Assembly: GCA_038208115.1 (NCBI GenBank)
Contig: JBBQZC010000001.1
Coordinates: 13,977-77,976 of the forward strand
Direction: 5' to 3'
Length of the DNA: 64,000 nt
DNA from: Candidatus Moraniibacteriota bacterium
GTDB lineage: Bacteria; Patescibacteriota; Minisyncoccia; Moranbacterales; GCA-2747515
The first letter of the stretch is position 1, and the number at the start of each line of letters is the position of its first letter. The notes beneath the pieces were generated by a model. That model saw only the letters and a list, made by a program, of their open reading frames with translations. It was not told the DNA's origin and did no database searches. This document shows positions 59,254 to 64,000 of the stretch, one piece after another. The translations under genes and the position numbers were made by a program.

Positions 59254-60528
59254 ATGAATACACAAACAGTTGCTGTAATTGGACTTGGCTATGTGGGACT
59301 CCCCCTCGCTGTACGCGCAAAGGAGCGTGGTTATCATGTGATTGGCATCGAGCTCGATAAACACAAAATTGCATTGATTAACAAGAATATTTCCCCAATA
59401 GAAGAAAAATATCTCCATGACAATCTCCCATTATTTCCCATTTCCGCGACCGATGATGCAAAGGAGATTAAGAAAGCTGACATTGTGCTCATTTGTGTCC
59501 CTACGCCTGTCGACAAACTTTATAATCCTGATCTTTCACCTGTGATAGGCGCATGTGAAATGGCAGCAAAAAATCTCAAAAAGGGCGCACTTGTCGTTCT
59601 TGAATCCACTGTAAATCCTGGAGTCTCGGAGGAAATTGTACGTCCAATATTCGAGGAACATGGCTTTACGATCGGCACAGATGTATTCATCGCCCATTGT
59701 CCAGAACGTATCAATCCTGGTGATCCCAAATGGAATGTCACAAATATTCCACGTGTTGTCGGTGCATTTACAAAAAAAGGACTTGAAAAAGCAATTAATT
59801 TTTACGAATCGATCGTTGATGCCACAATTCGACCGATGAAACACATCCGTGAAGCAGAAGCCTGTAAGGTTGTTGAAAATTCTTTCCGAGATATCAACAT
59901 CGCTTTTGTCAATGAACTCGCAAAATCGTTTGACGCACTTGGCATTGATGTTAAGGATGTCATCGATGGAGCTAGCACGAAACCATTTGCATTTATGGCT
60001 CACTATCCATCTCGCGGCATCGGTGGACATTGTATCCCAGTTGATCCCTATTATTTGATCGAGCGAGCTAAGCGGGCTGGCTTTGATCACAAATTTCTCC
60101 GCACATCACGCGAAATCAATAATTCCATGCCGGCATACACCGTAGAACTCCTCCAGGATAAACTTAATCAGATCAAACTTCCGCTCAACGGTACAAACAT
60201 TGGCATCCTCGGCATTGCATACAAAGCAAATGTCGATGATGACCGAGAATCACCCTATTATGGTATAGTCACAGCACTTAAAAAACATGGTGCAAAGATC
60301 CATTCATTTGATCCTCACATTCTCAAAAAATCGTCTGTCAAAACTCTTGGTGCACTCCTCAAAAAATCTACTGCGATCATTCTCGTCACGCATCATGCTG
60401 AGTTTGCAGAAGTCACTGGTGCACTCCTCAAAAAAAATGGTGTGAAAATAATCATTGATGGTATGAACGTCCTCGACAAAAAGGACATGGAAAAACATAA
60501 AATTATCTACAAAGGTATCGGCCGATAA
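59254..60528 (+). CDS. Nucleotide-sugar dehydrogenase (UDP-HexNAc dehydrogenase, WecC/WbpA-like)
   Basis: GLGYVGLP, CVPTP, ESTV.PG, PERI.PG, GGHCIPVDP, YK..VDD.RESP. Confidence 0.9.
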   Translation: MNTQTVAVIGLGYVGLPLAVRAKERGYHVIGIELDKHKIALINKNISPIEEKYLHDNLPLFPISATDDAKEIKKADIVLICVPTPVDKLYNPDLSPVIGACEMAAKNLKKGALVVLESTVNPGVSEEIVRPIFEEHGFTIGTDVFIAHCPERINPGDPKWNVTNIPRVVGAFTKKGLEKAINFYESIVDATIRPMKHIREAEACKVVENSFRDINIAFVNELAKSFDALGIDVKDVIDGASTKPFAFMAHYPSRGIGGHCIPVDPYYLIERAKRAGFDHKFLRTSREINNSMPAYTVELLQDKLNQIKLPLNGTNIGILGIAYKANVDDDRESPYYGIVTALKKHGAKIHSFDPHILKKSSVKTLGALLKKSTAIILVTHHAEFAEVTGALLKKNGVKIIIDGMNVLDKKDMEKHKIIYKGIGR

Positions 60529-60582
60529 TAACCTACAAAAAACAAGCATGCATCATAATGCTTGTTTTTTGATGTGAAAAAT

Positions 60583-60741
60583 AAAAAAATCAACTCTTAC
60601 GCGGAAGAGTTGAAATAAAACGGTGTGTGACGACACCTGAGCCCACAAAAATTAGGAGGTTTCTTAGGAGAAAGAACGATCGGAAGATATTGACTCAAAA
60701 AAAGTGGCGTCACACACAATCACAACAAGTCTTCCAATTTA
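60583..60741 (-). ncRNA. Candidate sRNA with anti-SD loop, own promoter and terminator
   Basis: TTGACA-N17-TATACT (60748-60776); stem GUGUGUGACG/CGUCACACAC; terminator UCAACUCUU/AAGAGUUGA-U7. Confidence 0.6.
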
Positions 60742-60859
60742 TAAATGAGTATACATTATATGTTATACTTTGTCAAGTATCGACTCCTAGTGTACAATGG
60801 TCTATAGACATTGATAGAAAAACTGTGTATCATAACTCATCATTCATAAATATCACAAT

Positions 60860-61828
60860 ATGAAACTTATTATCAATATCCCTGCATATAACGAGGCAAA
60901 AGTAATTGGAGAAACAATTCGGAATATTCCTCGCTCATACGAAGGTATCACAGAAGTACTTATCCAGGTAATAGATGACGGATCTCATGATAGCACAGCT
61001 GATATCGCGCGCAAAGCAGGCGCTGACATCGTCGTGTCTCACAAAACAAATCACCGACTTGGCTATGCGTTCAATACAGCTGTCCGTAGTGCGCTAGCAA
61101 ACGACGCTGATATCATGGTCAATATTGACGCTGATGGTCAATTTGATCCAGAAGAGATCAAAAATTTATTAAAACCAATAATTGATGGGATCGCTGACAT
61201 CACGATCGGTGATCGATTCAAAGGTGGACATGCTGATGGTATTCCATTTATCAAAAAATTTCTCAATAAATTTGCTGCAAAACTTGTAAGTGCATTTCTT
61301 AATACAAAGATCGACGATCTCACATGTGGCTTTCGTGCACATAGTCGCGAAGCTCTCCTACGACTCAATACTGTAAATGGCTTTACATACACGCAAGAAA
61401 CAATCATCGATGCTATCGGTAAGAATCTCAAACTCATCTGGATTCCAGTCAATGTGCGTTACTTTGAAAATCGTCAATCTCGCATCGTCAAAAGTGTCTG
61501 GAAATTTGTCAGCAATAGTGCAAAGATCATCATCAAAGCAGTACGTGACGTGCGTCCAATGAAATTTTTTGGCATCCCAGGATTATTCGTCATATTTTTG
61601 TCGTTTGTGATGTTTGCAATTTTTCTCATACAATACATCCCAAAATTGGAAGTTACACCATATCGTAATTATCTCCTCACTGCAATCGTGCTCTTTTTCG
61701 TCGGTATGCAATTTCTCGTATTTGCACTCATCGCCGATATGATCAAAGCTAATCGTCAACTCACGGAAGAAACGATGTACCGCATGCGTAAACAAAAGTA
61801 TTGTCGGGATAACAACATAATAAAATAA
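60860..61828 (+). CDS. GT2 glycosyltransferase (polyprenol-phosphate/DPM1-like, two C-terminal TMs)
   Basis: IPAYNE, IDDGS.D, DADGQ, D...GFRA. Confidence 0.88.
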   Translation: MKLIINIPAYNEAKVIGETIRNIPRSYEGITEVLIQVIDDGSHDSTADIARKAGADIVVSHKTNHRLGYAFNTAVRSALANDADIMVNIDADGQFDPEEIKNLLKPIIDGIADITIGDRFKGGHADGIPFIKKFLNKFAAKLVSAFLNTKIDDLTCGFRAHSREALLRLNTVNGFTYTQETIIDAIGKNLKLIWIPVNVRYFENRQSRIVKSVWKFVSNSAKIIIKAVRDVRPMKFFGIPGLFVIFLSFVMFAIFLIQYIPKLEVTPYRNYLLTAIVLFFVGMQFLVFALIADMIKANRQLTEETMYRMRKQKYCRDNNIIK

Positions 61829-62953
61829 ATGAATCACATGAATTCACCTTTGCGCATACTTTTTGTATCACGCGCATACCCACCAATATTTGGTGGGATC
61901 GAAAATCAAAACTATGGCATTGCGCATGCTTTAAAAAATATCACACCTACTACAATCATTGCTAACACACGAGGCAAAAAAGCATTACTATTCTTCTTGC
62001 CGTATGCATTGATCAAAATACTCTTTTTCCTTCCAAAAAACGATGTCGTCCTTTTTGGCGATGGAGTTTTAGCGCCTCTCGGTCGTGTTGCACATCTATT
62101 TTATCCACACAAAAAGTTTGTTTCGATTGTCCATGGACTTGATATCACTTATGCTAAAAAGTCGTCACTGCTTGGCAAAGCATATCGTGCAATCAATATC
62201 CCAGCGCTACGACATCTCGATAAACTCATTACAGTAGGAACACACACGATTACTGAAGCAATGCGCTTTGATATCAATCGAGATAAATGTGTTTTCATCC
62301 CAAATGGGATTGATCCTGCGGAATATTTCATCACACATACACGCGATGAACTCGCGCAATTATTACACAGTGATCTCACAGATAAAAAAGTCATTCTCCG
62401 CATGGGACGCTTCGTGCCACATAAAGGCGTTGCATGGTTTCTGGACCACGTGATGCCCCTTTTGCCAGAAAACTACATCTTTGTCGCAATGGGTGGCGCT
62501 GTATCTAATACAGCTGGGGATGTCAATTCGCTATCACTTGCGCAAAAGATGGTACAAAAACACAACTTACATGACCGTGTCTTCCTCCTCCCAAATCGTC
62601 CAGACACTGAAAAAATTATTCTTTTCAATACGGTAGATCTCGTCATTTCACCAAATATCGATATTCCCGGATCCATGGAAGGATTTGGGATCAATGCTAT
62701 CGAAACCGCAGCGTGTGAACGAGTTGTTATTGCATCAAATTTTCAAGGACTCAAGGATGCCATACATGATGGCAAAAACGGCTTTCTCATCGAACACGAA
62801 AACATCCCGGCATGGAGAGACAAAATCACAGAGGTTCTCGCGGATGATTTTGATAGAATTGCATTTGGCAAAAAAGCCCGTCTCTACACGATAGAGCACT
62901 TCAGTTGGGGAAAAATTGCTACGCAATATCGTGAAGAGCTGGAAAGTTTATAA
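61829..62953 (+). CDS. GT4 glycosyltransferase
   Basis: YPP..GG, GRF..HKG, EGFGI..IE. Confidence 0.88.
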   Translation: MNHMNSPLRILFVSRAYPPIFGGIENQNYGIAHALKNITPTTIIANTRGKKALLFFLPYALIKILFFLPKNDVVLFGDGVLAPLGRVAHLFYPHKKFVSIVHGLDITYAKKSSLLGKAYRAINIPALRHLDKLITVGTHTITEAMRFDINRDKCVFIPNGIDPAEYFITHTRDELAQLLHSDLTDKKVILRMGRFVPHKGVAWFLDHVMPLLPENYIFVAMGGAVSNTAGDVNSLSLAQKMVQKHNLHDRVFLLPNRPDTEKIILFNTVDLVISPNIDIPGSMEGFGINAIETAACERVVIASNFQGLKDAIHDGKNGFLIEHENIPAWRDKITEVLADDFDRIAFGKKARLYTIEHFSWGKIATQYREELESL

Positions 62954-63060
62954 AACAGATATCTTGACTATTTATTTTTACATTGCTAGTATTCATAGTC
63001 GTAATACTTCATTTGCAACACACGTATTTTATACAAACCACTCACACAAAGGAGAAAAAG

Positions 63061-63429
63061 ATGCCAATTGCATGGGTTAAGTACGATAAGGGAAAACTTA
63101 ACTGCCACGTTATTTATAAAATGGTTTATGACCTCGAAGCAAACTTGCCAAGATTAATTGCCGAAGCACTCAACGTTCCGTCTGTTCTGGGAGCACAATT
63201 AACGGAAAATGATGTCGAAGCGCGTATCGAGCCATTTGATGCCCTGAATACCAAAGCACACAAAGATCTTGAAATCGTGATTTTTGCAAATTATTTCGCA
63301 GAGCGTGAAAGAAATCTCGATACTGAAAGAGCACCCTACATCGCGAAAGAAGTAAAAAAACTGATACCTTACGGCATGAGTGGATTCGTTTACGTACGTC
63401 TCGCGCCATCTGGCTTCGCCGAATTTTAA
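63061..63429 (+). CDS. Hypothetical protein, possibly tautomerase-like (Pro after Met)
   Basis: SD AAGGAG before ATG 63061 (MPIAWV); terminator near 63453-63487. Confidence 0.55.
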   Translation: MPIAWVKYDKGKLNCHVIYKMVYDLEANLPRLIAEALNVPSVLGAQLTENDVEARIEPFDALNTKAHKDLEIVIFANYFAERERNLDTERAPYIAKEVKKLIPYGMSGFVYVRLAPSGFAEF

Positions 63430-63568
63430 CTCATCTATACAGCCGTGCAAACGCCGCGTACTTACACAAGTACGCGGCTATTTATTTGCTACACAAATAA
63501 TTGTAAATTGTGTTTTATTATAAACTCCATTGTGGTATGCTAAGGAGAGAAGATTTTAATCATCACTT

Positions 63569-64000
63569 ATGTTTATGGATAGTTTTTTTGTGCACCAACT
63601 TATTTTTGCCTGCACTACATGTGCATTACTACTAATTCCCGGATGGTTTTTCCTCTCAGCATGTTTTGCGCGCAATCAATTTGCACTGCTAGAAAAATTC
63701 ATTCTCAGCGTACCTGCCAGCTTTTCACTTCTTACTCTCGCCATTATCCTCGTTGATCGATTTCATCTACTACTCGACAAAAACACACTTCTCATGATCA
63801 TTGCAGTAATCACACTTCCCTTTGTAATCATGACAATTTTTACAAAAATAACAACACATACAAATATTGATATCTTCACTTTTACAAAAAAGCAATATAC
63901 CCTGCTCGGTATTATCATTATTTTCACCATACTTGCAAAAAGTCTTTTTTTGATCAATAGCATCTTCCCGACAGCTACCGACCTCGCACACCATCTTTAC
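63569..64000 (+). CDS. Polytopic membrane protein, GT-C-like (runs off window end)
   Basis: Open frame from ATG 63569: LLIPGWF, several TMs, FPTATDLAHHLY. Confidence 0.65.
   Translation, partial: MFMDSFFVHQLIFACTTCALLLIPGWFFLSACFARNQFALLEKFILSVPASFSLLTLAIILVDRFHLLLDKNTLLMIIAVITLPFVIMTIFTKITTHTNIDIFTFTKKQYTLLGIIIIFTILAKSLFLINSIFPTATDLAHHLY

Noticed and set aside
60627-60863. 78-aa plus-strand ORF over the sRNA candidate
   Set aside because: GTG start without SD, no motif, and it overlaps a minus-strand promoter-terminator unit.

Overview
AT-rich chromosomal segment of a Patescibacteria (CPR) bacterium, judged from Parcubacteria-type 16S signatures; genes use the standard stop codons. The left third (1-22 kb) looks like a surface/biofilm-matrix regulon. 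Four minus-strand copies of a c-di-GMP-II-type riboswitch, each with a sigma70 promoter and an overlapping terminator, precede (i) a processive hyaluronan/chitin-synthase-like GT2, (ii) a SipW signal peptidase operon with four SipW-class substrates (three clearly TasA-like) followed by a MASE3 sensor, (iii) a YdeN hydrolase that appears to have gained the leader by duplication, and (iv) a two-gene Asn/Thr/Gly-repeat module (small secreted subunit plus large membrane-anchored protein) that could be an undescribed amyloid or beta-solenoid fibre. The middle holds orphan genes, a stand-alone PurH cyclohydrolase domain, a recombinase-HNH-AIPR cassette and an unlinked 16S rRNA gene with its promoter and processing stem; a PyrK-PyrD fusion lies at 4.8-6.5 kb. 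The right part is housekeeping (prmC, ftsAZ, ybeY, rpsU, hisS, lepB, groES with CIRCE, ctpA) and cell-envelope glycosylation. Also proposed are several unannotated structured RNAs (including one with anti-Shine-Dalgarno loops) and a 24-aa Lys-rich microprotein. All family calls come from motif recognition by eye; no database searches were run.
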